Shown in pieces: positions 40,560 through 50,139 of a stretch of DNA of 64,000 nt (within the stretch, counting starts at the first letter, position 1; each line of letters starts with the position of its first letter). Both the position numbers and the translations under genes were made by a program. The stretch covers positions 5,632,001 through 5,696,000 of the forward strand of contig CAWIAD010000002.1 of assembly GCA_963833985.1 (NCBI GenBank). Direction: 5' to 3'. Source of the DNA: an uncultured Planctomycetaceae bacterium (lineage in GTDB: Bacteria > Planctomycetota > Planctomycetia > Isosphaerales > Isosphaeraceae). The notes beneath the pieces were generated by a model, which was given only the letters and a program-made list of their open reading frames with translations, ran no database searches and was not told the origin of the DNA.

Positions 40560-40882
40560 CGTTGATCTCCCCTCTCGTCCTCGAGTTCCTCGAGAGCACG
40601 CTGCTGGCGCGAGTCTACGTTGCCGCTCTGCTCCGAGCAACGCGTCAGCCTCTGCATTCTTGTTCTAGGGTTGTGGGATGGCCCGCGACCGGGACCGCGA
40701 GACCAGCCGTGCTGGTCCGCAACATGCCCCGGAGATCGCCGGAGGATGAGATCTTGATCAGACGACGTCTCCAAAATCGCATGAGTCGACGTCTGAGAAC
40801 CCAATTCGTGGATATATCGGGATAAAATGTCGTGGAAAATCGAAAATTCGTGAGAAATCGATCTTTATTGCTCTGCCGAGGC

Positions 40883-40891
40883 TGTTATATT
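40883..40891 (+). promoter_or_regulatory. Extended -10 promoter candidate in AT-rich region
   Basis: TG-T-TATATT within an AT-rich block (40800-40960) upstream of the H1-like gene. Confidence 0.4.
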
Positions 40892-40965
40892 AACTGATGA
40901 TGCTACTGAAGATCGGCGAATTACCCGATCAACGAGGTGTCAACACCGACTGAGGGTTTTATCCG

Positions 40966-41382
40966 ATGGCTATGAGCAAGACCTCTGGAGAGAGCAAGGA
41001 CAAGGGAGCTGCCAAGAAGGCCGCCCCCAAGGCGACCGCGGTCAAGAAGGCCGCCCCGAAGAAGACGGCCCCGGCCGCCAAGGCGAGCGTCAAGAAGTCC
41101 GCTCCCAAGTCGACGGCCAAGAAGCCCGCTCCCAAGAAGGCAGCCGGGCCCAAGCTGACTCCGCCTCAGATGACCATGCTCGAGGCGATCGCCAAGGTGA
41201 CCGAGCCGCAGGGCTTCGTCGCCGCCAAGAAGCCCGATCAGAAGACAATCGACGCCCTCCTCAAGCACAAGCTCGTGAAGAAGGGCAAGAAGGACGACAA
41301 GACCAAGAACTTCTTCGTCATGATCTCCATGGCGGGCAAGAAGTACCTCAACACCAAGTCGGCCGAGGTCGCCAAGGCCTGA
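40966..41382 (+). CDS. Lys/Ala-rich histone H1-like DNA-binding protein with small folded C-terminal domain
   Basis: KKAAPK/KKPAPK repeats, strongly biased codons, C-terminal KLTPPQMTML..LLKHKLVKKGK..ISMAGKKYL. Confidence 0.75.
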   Translation: MAMSKTSGESKDKGAAKKAAPKATAVKKAAPKKTAPAAKASVKKSAPKSTAKKPAPKKAAGPKLTPPQMTMLEAIAKVTEPQGFVAAKKPDQKTIDALLKHKLVKKGKKDDKTKNFFVMISMAGKKYLNTKSAEVAKA

Positions 41383-42101
41383 CGGCCTGGCCACGCTGAA
41401 CCTCGAACCGGCAACCCGTGCCAGGCAATGTGGACCGGGCGACGGCGGCTTGATGGCTTGTGAACGAGCCTGCCGTGGCCGGTACGCCTCTGTCCGTGCC
41501 TCTCTCCGAGCCTGGCGCGGCGTGCCTGGTCCGGGTCCCTCTGATCTCACGCTGTGTTTCACTCCATGCGCTCGCCTGGCGGCATCCGCCCGGCGAGCGT
41601 TTCTGTTTTGTGCCCGGCGATGGTGCCGCTTCCCCCCTCCCGATGGACGGTCTGCCCGCAGTGGCGTCAGGCCCTTCCACGATCAGAGCGGGCAAGAGGC
41701 AGACGACGCCGTCATGGCCGCGGCATGCCCTCCAGAGCGAAGTCTAGACTTGTCAAGGATGCGGATATTCTGGGCATCGCTGCGCGGCTTGAAGGCGTTC
41801 TGCCCTTGTGCCGGAAAACGGAGTCACGCCTCCTGCGAACAGCAAACAGTGAAACCGTGATCGTTTATGGCTATTAGCTTTCTCGGTTCAGGTGAGGTAT
41901 CTGTTTTGCACTTGCGACCGCCACTCTTCCAGTCCGCCCAAAGACCAGCTGCGATTGTACCCCAGGGAGTACGTGCTTCGGATCTTGTCGCGGCGCCAAC
42001 CTGGCGGCGCGGTCGACCGAAGCTTCCTCATGTCAGCGAGGCCTATGTCCGTGCGATCGGTGCACCGCATTCTCGATGGGTTTCAGGTTGCGTTCATCTC
42101 C

Positions 42102-42302
42102 ATGTCGCGAGCGCTGGTGATTGCCGGGCTCGTGACGGCCTGTGGTTGTGGCGATGCTCCGGGGGCCGGCTCGATCGACATGGCCAGGGCCAAGGAAGCA
42201 GCCAGCACGCGCGGCATTCCCGATCCGGGAACCGCGGCCGCGCCCGCGGCCAGGGCGGCGAAGCCACGCTCCGCCCAGCCGCTTCCCAGGACCAGCCGCT
42301 GA
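42102..42302 (+). CDS. Small lipoprotein preceding DUF1559
   Basis: LVIAGLVTACGC lipobox-like, Ala/Pro-rich. Confidence 0.55.
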   Translation: MSRALVIAGLVTACGCGDAPGAGSIDMARAKEAASTRGIPDPGTAAAPAARAAKPRSAQPLPRTSR

Positions 42303-42403
42303 GGGTCAGCTTCCGCGCCCGCGGCACCCGATGCCCCCGAATCTGAGTCGTCCGGACGGCAGGCCTCCGGATGCGTCCGAGATGAGTTTTCCAACATAGG
42401 GAA

Positions 42404-43501
42404 ATGAATGCCATGAGACAGCCCATTTCCGCAGACAGTCCGCGCCAGGCGAAGGGGTTCACGCTGATCGAGCTCCTGGTCGTCATCGCCATCATCGCGG
42501 TCTTGATCTCGTTGCTCCTGCCGGCCGTTCAGAGTGCTCGCGAGGCCGCCCGGCGCGCCCAGTGCGTGAATAACCTCAAGCAACTGGCCCTGGCGGCCGC
42601 CAACTATGAATCGGCCAATGGCACGCTCCCCACGGGGAACTACTGGACGCTCAGCCTCAAGAGCCCCGGGTCCTACACGTACGGGCCCAGCGTTTTCGTG
42701 AACATGATGTCGTACTACGAGCAGGGCCAAACGTTCAATGCGTTCAACTTCAACATGGGCTGGGAAGCCCCGATGAATGCGACCGTTGCGGGGATCGGCA
42801 TCTCCGCGCTCTGGTGCCCCAGCGATGCCTCGGTCGGTACCGGCTATCAGCTCTCCGCGTCGCTGGGGTCCCAGTTCTACAGCACCAACGGCATGCCGGT
42901 CACGCAGCAATTCATCAGCTACGCGGGCTGCGAGGGAACCTGGGCCCAGTACGAAACGCCCAACGACGGCATGACCACGTTCAACGCCTGGGTCGCCGCC
43001 AGCAATGGCCTGATCTATTCCGGAGCCGTCACGCGCATCGCGTCGATCACCGATGGCACCAGCAACACGATCCTCTTCGGCGAGCGCGCTCACGGGCTCT
43101 TTGGAGGATCCGATGCCCCGTTCTATTACTGGTGGAACTCGGGCTGGTGGGGTGATACCTTCTTCGACACCCTGTTCCCCATCAATCCCATCAAGACGCT
43201 TTCGGGGCAGATGGACCTGAACGACCCGAATAACACCTATGGCGGCTGGTGGTGGGTTCCCCTCGAGGGTGCCTCCAGCTTCCACCCCGGCGGTGCGAAT
43301 TTCGCGTTCACCGACGGCTCGGTCCGGTTCTTGAAGGATTCGATCTCCACGTGGAAGAATGACCCGAACAACTACGGCGACCCCGTCGGCGTAACCTACG
43401 GGCCCTACAGCCAGTATCAGTGGGGCAACAGCAGGCCCCAGATCTACCAGGCACTTTCCACACGAGCCGGGGGTGAAGTGATCAGCAGCGACCAGTACTG
43501 A
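42404..43501 (+). CDS. DUF1559 prepilin-type N-terminal cleavage protein
   Basis: [58 protein letters not shown]. Confidence 0.95.
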   Translation: MNAMRQPISADSPRQAKGFTLIELLVVIAIIAVLISLLLPAVQSAREAARRAQCVNNLKQLALAAANYESANGTLPTGNYWTLSLKSPGSYTYGPSVFVNMMSYYEQGQTFNAFNFNMGWEAPMNATVAGIGISALWCPSDASVGTGYQLSASLGSQFYSTNGMPVTQQFISYAGCEGTWAQYETPNDGMTTFNAWVAASNGLIYSGAVTRIASITDGTSNTILFGERAHGLFGGSDAPFYYWWNSGWWGDTFFDTLFPINPIKTLSGQMDLNDPNNTYGGWWWVPLEGASSFHPGGANFAFTDGSVRFLKDSISTWKNDPNNYGDPVGVTYGPYSQYQWGNSRPQIYQALSTRAGGEVISSDQY

Positions 43502-43625
43502 GCTGAAACCTGACCAGGCCACGTCGCACGCTGATTCCCGCGGCCGGTCCATGATCGGCACCGATCGCGGGCGAACGCGTACGGGTGTCTCCGTTCGCTC
43601 AGGGCCGCGCGCGGCTGCCGGCGCT

Positions 43626-43663
43626 TGTATCTGGCGTTCCGATCTGTATCTGGCGTTCCGATC
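43626..43663. repeat. Exact 19-bp tandem duplication
   Basis: TGTATCTGGCGTTCCGATC x2. Confidence 0.9.
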
Positions 43664-43888
43664 TGCGCCGAGTCAGACAGGCATGATCGTGACGGACACG
43701 ATGAACACGAGGGTGGCTGCTGCACTCCTGCGCGGCCACGTCAGGGACGACTCTCTTGATCTTTGGTGGACTGGCGCGTCAGATGGGTGCCTGGGCTTCA
43801 ACCTGCGTCGCCTCGTGATGTGCGACGCAGGCGGTCACCCCATCGTTGAAGGCCTGTAAAATGTCGCGTCCGGTTGCGAGGCTGCTTG

Positions 43889-44176
43889 ATGGCTGAGCTG
43901 AATATCGCAATCAAGCATGGTCAGAGCATCACCGCGGCGCACGCGAATTTCGAGAAGGCGATCACGGCGGCCCAGGCAGAACACGGCCGCTGGATCCGGC
44001 AGGTTGAATGGTCGGCCGATCGCAGGTCGGCGGTTCTTTCGGGGCCCGCGTACCGGGTCACACTCAGCTTCGACGAGCAGAACGTCTATGCCCGGGGAAA
44101 CGTCCCGCTGGCATTCAAGATGCTGGAGGCGCCGGTGCGGCGGTTTGTCGAGCATGTCCTGGCACGGGGCACGTGA
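43889..44176 (+). CDS. Polyhydroxyalkanoic acid system family-like small protein
   Basis: MAELNIAIKHG..VEWS..VYARGNVPL; size and pattern fit. Confidence 0.55.
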   Translation: MAELNIAIKHGQSITAAHANFEKAITAAQAEHGRWIRQVEWSADRRSAVLSGPAYRVTLSFDEQNVYARGNVPLAFKMLEAPVRRFVEHVLARGT

Positions 44177-44246
44177 GCCCGCCGCCATCTCGGCGAGTCC
44201 GCGACGCTGCGCAAGTCAGGGGCATGGAGGGGAGCAGCCGTCCGGT

Positions 44247-44927
44247 TCATGCACCATCGGGTTCGACGCCCAGCTCACGGAGCCTGGCCGCCAGCCGATC
44301 GGCTCGGGCGCGTTCTGCTTCAGCGCGAAGTCGTTCTGCGAGGGCGTTGTCCACCAACTGCTGGTGGGAGAGAAAAGGCTGGCCGTCGGGGTGGAGGATG
44401 CGCAGGTTGTCGGATCCTGCGCCGGGCTCGAAGCGGATCTGGAGCCGCGGGCTGACGTGGCCGCGCATCGGGACGATCTCTTGCAGGCCAGCAGGTCCGC
44501 GCCGGAATCCGAGCAGGAGTCCGTCTTCGGGGTTGTAGACGTAGTATTCCTCGACGCCGTACTTTTCGTAGAAGCGCAGCTTGCGTGTCATCTCATCGGG
44601 CCGGTTGCCTGGCGAGAGGATCTCGAAGACGACGTGTGGGGGCATGCCGGCCTCTTCCCACTGCTTGTAGGAGCCGCGTTCCCCTTTGGGGCGACCGCAG
44701 ACGACCATGACGTCGGGAGCCTGGCGGATCTTGGGCTGTCCTTCCTCTGCATACCAGAGCAGGTCTCCGGCGACGAAGACATTGGGATCCTGCCGGAAGA
44801 GTGATTCGAGGTTTTCCTTGATCAGGACAATCCACTTGAACTGGAGGGTATTTTCGGACATGGGCTGACCATCATCGTCAGGATAGAGGACCTGCGACTG
44901 CGGAGGCTGAGTGAAAGTGGCCTTCAT
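44247..44927 (-). CDS. Uma2 family (DUF820) PD-(D/E)xK endonuclease, copy 1 (226 aa)
   Basis: YPDDDGQPMSEN, QAPDVMVV, VVFEILSP, KLRFYEKYGVEEYY, C-terminal coiled coil. Confidence 0.95.
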   Translation of the reverse strand: MKATFTQPPQSQVLYPDDDGQPMSENTLQFKWIVLIKENLESLFRQDPNVFVAGDLLWYAEEGQPKIRQAPDVMVVCGRPKGERGSYKQWEEAGMPPHVVFEILSPGNRPDEMTRKLRFYEKYGVEEYYVYNPEDGLLLGFRRGPAGLQEIVPMRGHVSPRLQIRFEPGAGSDNLRILHPDGQPFLSHQQLVDNALAERLRAEAERARADRLAARLRELGVEPDGA

Positions 44928-45116
44928 GAGACACCGGGCCTCGGGGCTGGTAGGAGGATAGTCTCCTCTTCAGTGTGCCACGTGATGGAGATCTGGACCA
45001 GATGGGGTCACGAAACGCGGCGCGAGGGCGTGCTGGATTCTGGCGATGACGTTGGGCCGCGTGACCTTCAGCAACTCTGTGCGAGTCAGGGGCATGGAGG
45101 GGAGCAGCCGTCGGGT

Positions 45117-45776
45117 TCATGCACCATCGGGTTCGACGCCCAGCTCACGGAGCCTGGCCGCCAGCCGATCGGCTCGGGCGCGTTCTGCGAGGGCGTTGTC
45201 CACCAACTGCTGGTGGGAGAGAAAAGGCTGGCCGTCGGGGTGGAGGATGCGCAGGTTGTCGGATCCTGCGCCGGGCTCGAAGCGGATCTGGAGCCGCGGG
45301 CTGACGTGGCCGCGCATCGGGACGATCTCTTGCAGGCCAGCAGGTCCGCGCCGGAATCCGAGCAGGAGTCCGTCTTCGGGGTTGTAGACGTAGTATTCCT
45401 CGACGCCGTACTTTTCGTAGAAGCGCAGCTTGCGTGTCATCTCATCGGGCCGGTTGCCTGGCGAGAGGATCTCGAAGACGACGTGTGGGGGCATGCCGGC
45501 CTCTTCCCACTGCTTGTAGGAGCCGCGTTCCCCTTTGGGGCGACCGCAGACGACCATGACGTCGGGAGCCTGGCGGATCTTGGGCTGTCCTTCCTCTGCA
45601 TACCAGAGCAGGTCTCCGGCGACGAAGACATTGGGATCCTGCCGGAAGAGTGATTCGAGGTTTTCCTTGATCAGGACAATCCACTTGAACTGGAGGGTAT
45701 TTTCGGACATGGGCTGACCATCATCGTCAGGGTAGAGGACCTGCGACTGCGGAGGCTGAGTGAAAGTGGCCTTCAT
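45117..45776 (-). CDS. Uma2 family endonuclease, copy 2 (219 aa)
   Basis: Core identical to copy 1; shortest tail. Confidence 0.95.
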   Translation of the reverse strand: MKATFTQPPQSQVLYPDDDGQPMSENTLQFKWIVLIKENLESLFRQDPNVFVAGDLLWYAEEGQPKIRQAPDVMVVCGRPKGERGSYKQWEEAGMPPHVVFEILSPGNRPDEMTRKLRFYEKYGVEEYYVYNPEDGLLLGFRRGPAGLQEIVPMRGHVSPRLQIRFEPGAGSDNLRILHPDGQPFLSHQQLVDNALAERARADRLAARLRELGVEPDGA

Positions 45777-45965
45777 GAGACACCGGGCCTCGGGGCTGGT
45801 AGGAGGATAGTCTCCTCTTCAGTGTGCCACGTGATGGAGATCTGGACCAGATGGGGTCACGAAACGCTGCGCGAGGGCGTGCTGGATTCTGGCGATGACG
45901 TTGGGCCGCGTGACCTTCAGCAACTCTGTGCAAGTCAGGGTCATGGAGGGGAGCAGCCGTCGGGT

Positions 45966-46730
45966 TCATGCACCATCGGGTTCGACGCCCAGCTCACGGA
46001 GCCTGGCCGCCAGCCGATCGGCTCGGGCGCGTTCTTCCTCGGCTCGCAGCCGTTCTGCTTCTGCGCGAAGTCGTTCTTCCTCAGCACGTGCGTGTTCTTC
46101 CCTGGCTCGGGCGCGTTCTGTTTCAGCGCGAAGTCGTTCTGCGAGGGCGTTGTCCACCAACTGCTGGTGGGAGAGAAAAGGCTGGCCGTCGGGGTGGAGG
46201 ATGCGCAGGTTGTCGGATCCTGCGCCGGGCTCGAAGCGGATCTGGAGCCGCGGGCTGACGTGGCCGCGCATCGGGACGATCTCTTGCAGGCCAGCAGGTC
46301 CGCGCCGGAATCCGAGCAGGAGTCCGTCTTCGGGGTTGTAGACGTAGTATTCCTCGACGCCGTACTTTTCGTAGAAGCGCAGCTTGCGTGTCATCTCATC
46401 GGGCCGGTTGCCTGGCGAGAGGATCTCGAAGACGACGTGTGGGGGCATGCCGGCCTCTTCCCACTGCTTGTAGGAGCCGCGTTCCCCTTTGGGGCGACCG
46501 CAGACGACCATGACGTCGGGAGCCTGGCGGATCTTGGGCTGTCCTTCCTCTGCATACCAGAGCAGGTCTCCGGCGACGAAGACATTGGGATCCTGCCGGA
46601 AGAGTGATTCGAGGTTTTCCTTGATCAGGACAATCCACTTGAACTGGAGGGTATTTTCGGACATGGGCTGACCATCATCGTCAGGGTAGAGGACCTGCGA
46701 CTGCGGAGGCTGAGTGAAAGTGGCCTTCAT
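45966..46730 (-). CDS. Uma2 family endonuclease, copy 3 (254 aa)
   Basis: Identical core; five extra heptads relative to copy 2. Confidence 0.95.
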   Translation of the reverse strand: MKATFTQPPQSQVLYPDDDGQPMSENTLQFKWIVLIKENLESLFRQDPNVFVAGDLLWYAEEGQPKIRQAPDVMVVCGRPKGERGSYKQWEEAGMPPHVVFEILSPGNRPDEMTRKLRFYEKYGVEEYYVYNPEDGLLLGFRRGPAGLQEIVPMRGHVSPRLQIRFEPGAGSDNLRILHPDGQPFLSHQQLVDNALAERLRAETERARAREEHARAEEERLRAEAERLRAEEERARADRLAARLRELGVEPDGA

Positions 46731-46775
46731 GAGACACCGGGCCTCGGGGCTGGTAGGAGGATAGTCTCCTCTTCA

Positions 46776-47372
46776 GTGTGCCACGTGATGGAGATCTGGA
46801 CCAGATGGGGTCACCAAACGCTCGAGGAAGGTCGGAGAACTGCCGAGTTTGATGCCTATCGGGACCTCTTCGAAGCGGGCGATGTGATCACTCATCTGAA
46901 TGGCACACCGACGCCCACCCTGGCGGAATTCGGGAAGGTTGTCGGTCGCTTGCTGTACGCACGCGCACCCGGCGGAGACGGTGTGGATCAGAACGCAACT
47001 GCGCCTGGGTCGTTCGCCGGGGAGTGGGTCAGTGTGGGGATCCGGCGAGGGGACGTCGATTCGACGGTTCGGATCCCCAGGATTCATTCCGTCGTCCAGG
47101 GGGGGGCTGGACTGGCACTCCAATCTCCTGAGCTTGCGTCGGGAGTCTTTTCGACAGTCTTCGCACACGATTTCCGTCTCCGCCCCGAGGAGTGCGGTGG
47201 CCCGGTGGTCGATCTGGCTGGGCACGTCGTGGGGCTGAACATCGCGCGTGCCGACGCAACAAGAACCCTCGCGATACCGGCCGATGTGGTGCAAGCAGTC
47301 ATCAAGGCCCTGCGCAGCCAGGCCGCTCAGCGGCGCGACGGTCTGACGCACATCGGCCCACGAACCCGATGA
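46776..47372 (+). pseudogene. C-terminal part of a PDZ/trypsin-like protease (5'-truncated)
   Basis: AGDVITHLNGTP (PDZ), FAHD..LRPEECGGPVVDLAGHVVGLNIARA; N-terminal domain absent. Confidence 0.65.
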
Positions 47373-47418
47373 CTCCGAAAGTCGTTCCGTACCCGGGTTG
47401 ACAGGAGGGAATGCCATC

Positions 47419-47778
47419 GTGGACAAGGTGAACATCGCGCAGAAGCTCGCCCTGATCGACGCGCATTGGAGCCCCAGGATTGTTGGCGAGCTGAACGGGC
47501 AGCACGTCAAGCTGGTGAAGTTTCAGGGCGCGTTCGTCTGGCATGCCCATGAGCACGAGGACGAGCTGTTCCTGGTGATCCAGGGGAGATTCCGGATGGA
47601 GCTCCGGGATCGTCAGGTCTGGCTGGAGGAGGGCGAGTTCCTCATTGTCCCCCGCGGCGTCGAGCATCGCCCGGTCGCGGAAGAGGAGGTTCATGTCCTC
47701 CTGTTCGAGCCGGTGGGGACATTGAACACCGGAAATGGGCCGGACGAGCGGACGATCGAAAAGCCCGAGTGGATTTGA
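47419..47778 (+). CDS. Cupin domain protein
   Basis: HWSPRIVGELNGQHVKLVK, FVWHAHEHEDELF, VPRGVEHRP. Confidence 0.9.
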   Translation: MDKVNIAQKLALIDAHWSPRIVGELNGQHVKLVKFQGAFVWHAHEHEDELFLVIQGRFRMELRDRQVWLEEGEFLIVPRGVEHRPVAEEEVHVLLFEPVGTLNTGNGPDERTIEKPEWI

Positions 47779-47886
47779 GACCGAGTGGCACGTATCATGG
47801 CGACAGGCGGGGCCGCTCTCGTTCGAGTGTCCACCGGGAACAGCCACTTCGATCGGATCCGAGAGATGGCAACGGGCCGATCCGGA

Positions 47887-48975
47887 TCAGCGGGGAACCT
47901 TGACGAGCCGAGGTTCCCATGACTGATCCACGCTCGTTCGCGCGACCACCCATCCCCCGCGTGCCAGCTTGAGCCGGTTGGTCAATGCGCTCAGAGACTC
48001 CCTGGGCTGGCCCGGAGCGGAGAAAACGGCAATCGCCCGCTCGCCAGGGAGTGCCTCGCCCTGGGGCGGTCGCAGGAAGAGGCTGAGGCCGGTTGAGAGC
48101 CAGGACTGGTCGCGGCGGAAGTTCTCGGCCCAGAGGGCGACGGCCACAGGGCCCGGCGTCGCTTTCAATAAAGGATTCCAGGCACGTCGATAGCTCGGCC
48201 AGCACGTCCCCCTCGCGCACGCGACCGTACCGCAGAGGCCGGTTCCCCCGGCGGCTCCTGGCAGGTCGACCGTCTCGCACTCGGTGACCCAGACGGGGAT
48301 CACCTGCTTACCTGGGTGGCGTCCCTGGACGTCGGATACGAGCCGCGCGGCAGTCTCTTCGCCGGGCGTCAGCGGTGCCGTGGACGGTGCGCCGTAATCA
48401 AGGGCCCACCGGCACTGGTCGTTGCCGCAGCCGCAGGACGACGGCCCGCACTGAAGGTCGGCAAGGAAGGCGCCCGCCCACACGCCAGGCAACCCGCCGA
48501 GCAAGGTCGAGAGCCGACGGCGGTGGGCCTCGAACGCGGGAGCGTAACCGATCGGGACCCATGGCCAGACCTTCACGACCTCCCCTGCCCTCGGTCGCGG
48601 CGCGTCGGGAAATCGCCGTCGCCAGTCGTCGTGGTGACCACCCGGAGAGGCCATCCATTCGGGGTGCGCGTCGGCGAGCGCCGGGTTGCGCGCTACCTCG
48701 ATCCAGGCGAAGAGATCAAGCCCCGCACGCCCCGCGGACTCGGACAGCTCCAACCACCGTTGCCGGGGGAGAGATTCCTCGAGCACGACCACAACGGCGT
48801 TTCCTCCCTCCCTTTTCCATTCCATGAAGGCTTGAGACGTCGCCATCCCGGCGCTGATCAGCAGGCCGCGAATCGGCCGGGAAGCCGGCGGTTCCGCTGC
48901 GCGGAGCGTTCCCGCAGCCGAGACAACCGTGCTGAGCAGCATCACGGCCGCAATGGAAGTTCGACGCTGGTGCAT
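47887..48975 (-). CDS. Secreted Cys-rich hypothetical protein (possible TIM-barrel)
   Basis: Signal peptide; AWIEVARNP..HPEW; CGPSSCGCGNDQC; TECE; LCGTVACARGTCW. Confidence 0.7.
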   Translation of the reverse strand: MHQRRTSIAAVMLLSTVVSAAGTLRAAEPPASRPIRGLLISAGMATSQAFMEWKREGGNAVVVVLEESLPRQRWLELSESAGRAGLDLFAWIEVARNPALADAHPEWMASPGGHHDDWRRRFPDAPRPRAGEVVKVWPWVPIGYAPAFEAHRRRLSTLLGGLPGVWAGAFLADLQCGPSSCGCGNDQCRWALDYGAPSTAPLTPGEETAARLVSDVQGRHPGKQVIPVWVTECETVDLPGAAGGTGLCGTVACARGTCWPSYRRAWNPLLKATPGPVAVALWAENFRRDQSWLSTGLSLFLRPPQGEALPGERAIAVFSAPGQPRESLSALTNRLKLARGGWVVARTSVDQSWEPRLVKVPR

Positions 48976-49077
48976 GATTCATCCTCTCTGGTGGTTCGCC
49001 TCATGGAATCTTACACTGGCGCTCGTTCCGGTGGAGCAGTGTTCTCCCGTCCCATCACAAGCCTCGGAGTTGACGTC

Positions 49078-50097
49078 ATGCTTGTCATTGGTGTGCTTCT
49101 CTCCAGCCTGGCGCTCGGGCCGGCCGACGGCGGGGAGGCCAGGACGGACTTCCGGCCCGATCTCTTCCGGACGTTGATCAACCCGGCCTGCTCGCATTGC
49201 GTGGATGAAGCGCGCCGGAAGGCCGGTGAACTGCGCGATGATGACCGGGTGCTCGCCTGGGTACGGGGCAAGTACGACGGCGGTGCCATCCCGTTCCGCT
49301 GGTTCCTGGTGCCGTACCGCGTGATCAGCGACACCTACGGGGTCTTCGTGTACGACGCCGACGCCGGCTTCGTGCGCGGCTACCCGGCATCGCTCGACTA
49401 CCGGTTCCACGGCTGGCGCAATGGCGTGATGGTGATGCGTCATCAGGACGGAACGCTCTTCGACTGCCTCACGGGCGAGGCGTTCGATGGCCCCCACAAG
49501 GGTGAGCACCTCACGCCCATCGCCACGATCGAGACGAACTGGGGCCCGTGGCTGAAATCGAGCCCCGGCACGGTGGCCTACCAGATGCTTCCGAAGTACC
49601 AGCCCCAGGCTCTCCCACGAGTTGTTTCGTCGGAGTCGAGCCGAACGCGACTGGCCCCCGACCGACGGCTCGACCCGGAGGAACGCGTGCTGGGCCTGTC
49701 ACTGGGTGAGTCGAGTGATGCCTGGCCCCTGAGAAGCTTCGGTGACCGAGATACCGTACGGCATGTACAGGTTGGCGGGCGGAGCGTGACACTGCTCTGG
49801 GACGGCCAGACCGGTACGGCCGTCGCGTATGCCCCCGAGACCGAGGGCACGCCGCAGCGGACGATCACGCTCGCGATCGACGGAGCGGGTTCAGCGGGTT
49901 CGGAGGTCCCCTGGTTCGACAAGGAGACCGGCTCGCGCTGGTCGATCGCCGGCCGCGCTGTCTCCGGTCCGCTCAAGGGTAAGACCCTCAAGTGGCTCCC
50001 GGGCGTGATGGTGAAATGGTACGCCTGGTCGGCCAGCTATCCGCGGACCGCGATCGCGGGCAGTCCGGCGGCCGTTCACACGAGCACTCGAGATTGA
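49078..50097 (+). CDS. DUF3179-like domain protein
   Basis: Signal peptide, NPACSHC, repeated GEAFDGP / DKETGSRWSIAGRAVSGPLKG, WYAWSASYP. Confidence 0.7.
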   Translation: MLVIGVLLSSLALGPADGGEARTDFRPDLFRTLINPACSHCVDEARRKAGELRDDDRVLAWVRGKYDGGAIPFRWFLVPYRVISDTYGVFVYDADAGFVRGYPASLDYRFHGWRNGVMVMRHQDGTLFDCLTGEAFDGPHKGEHLTPIATIETNWGPWLKSSPGTVAYQMLPKYQPQALPRVVSSESSRTRLAPDRRLDPEERVLGLSLGESSDAWPLRSFGDRDTVRHVQVGGRSVTLLWDGQTGTAVAYAPETEGTPQRTITLAIDGAGSAGSEVPWFDKETGSRWSIAGRAVSGPLKGKTLKWLPGVMVKWYAWSASYPRTAIAGSPAAVHTSTRD

Positions 50098-50139
50098 CGG
50101 GGGCGTCGCCCCACTCGGCTCGCGTGACGGAGACAAGAC

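Larger units (their letters stand above)
44207..46822. repeat. Direct tandem triplication of a Uma2 cassette
   Basis: Unit starts at 44207, 45077, 45926 (periods 870 and 849 bp), near-identical sequence. Confidence 0.95.

Noticed and set aside
41383..42100. Long intergenic region as riboswitch or ncRNA
   Set aside because: No recognisable consensus by eye; would need an Rfam/Infernal scan
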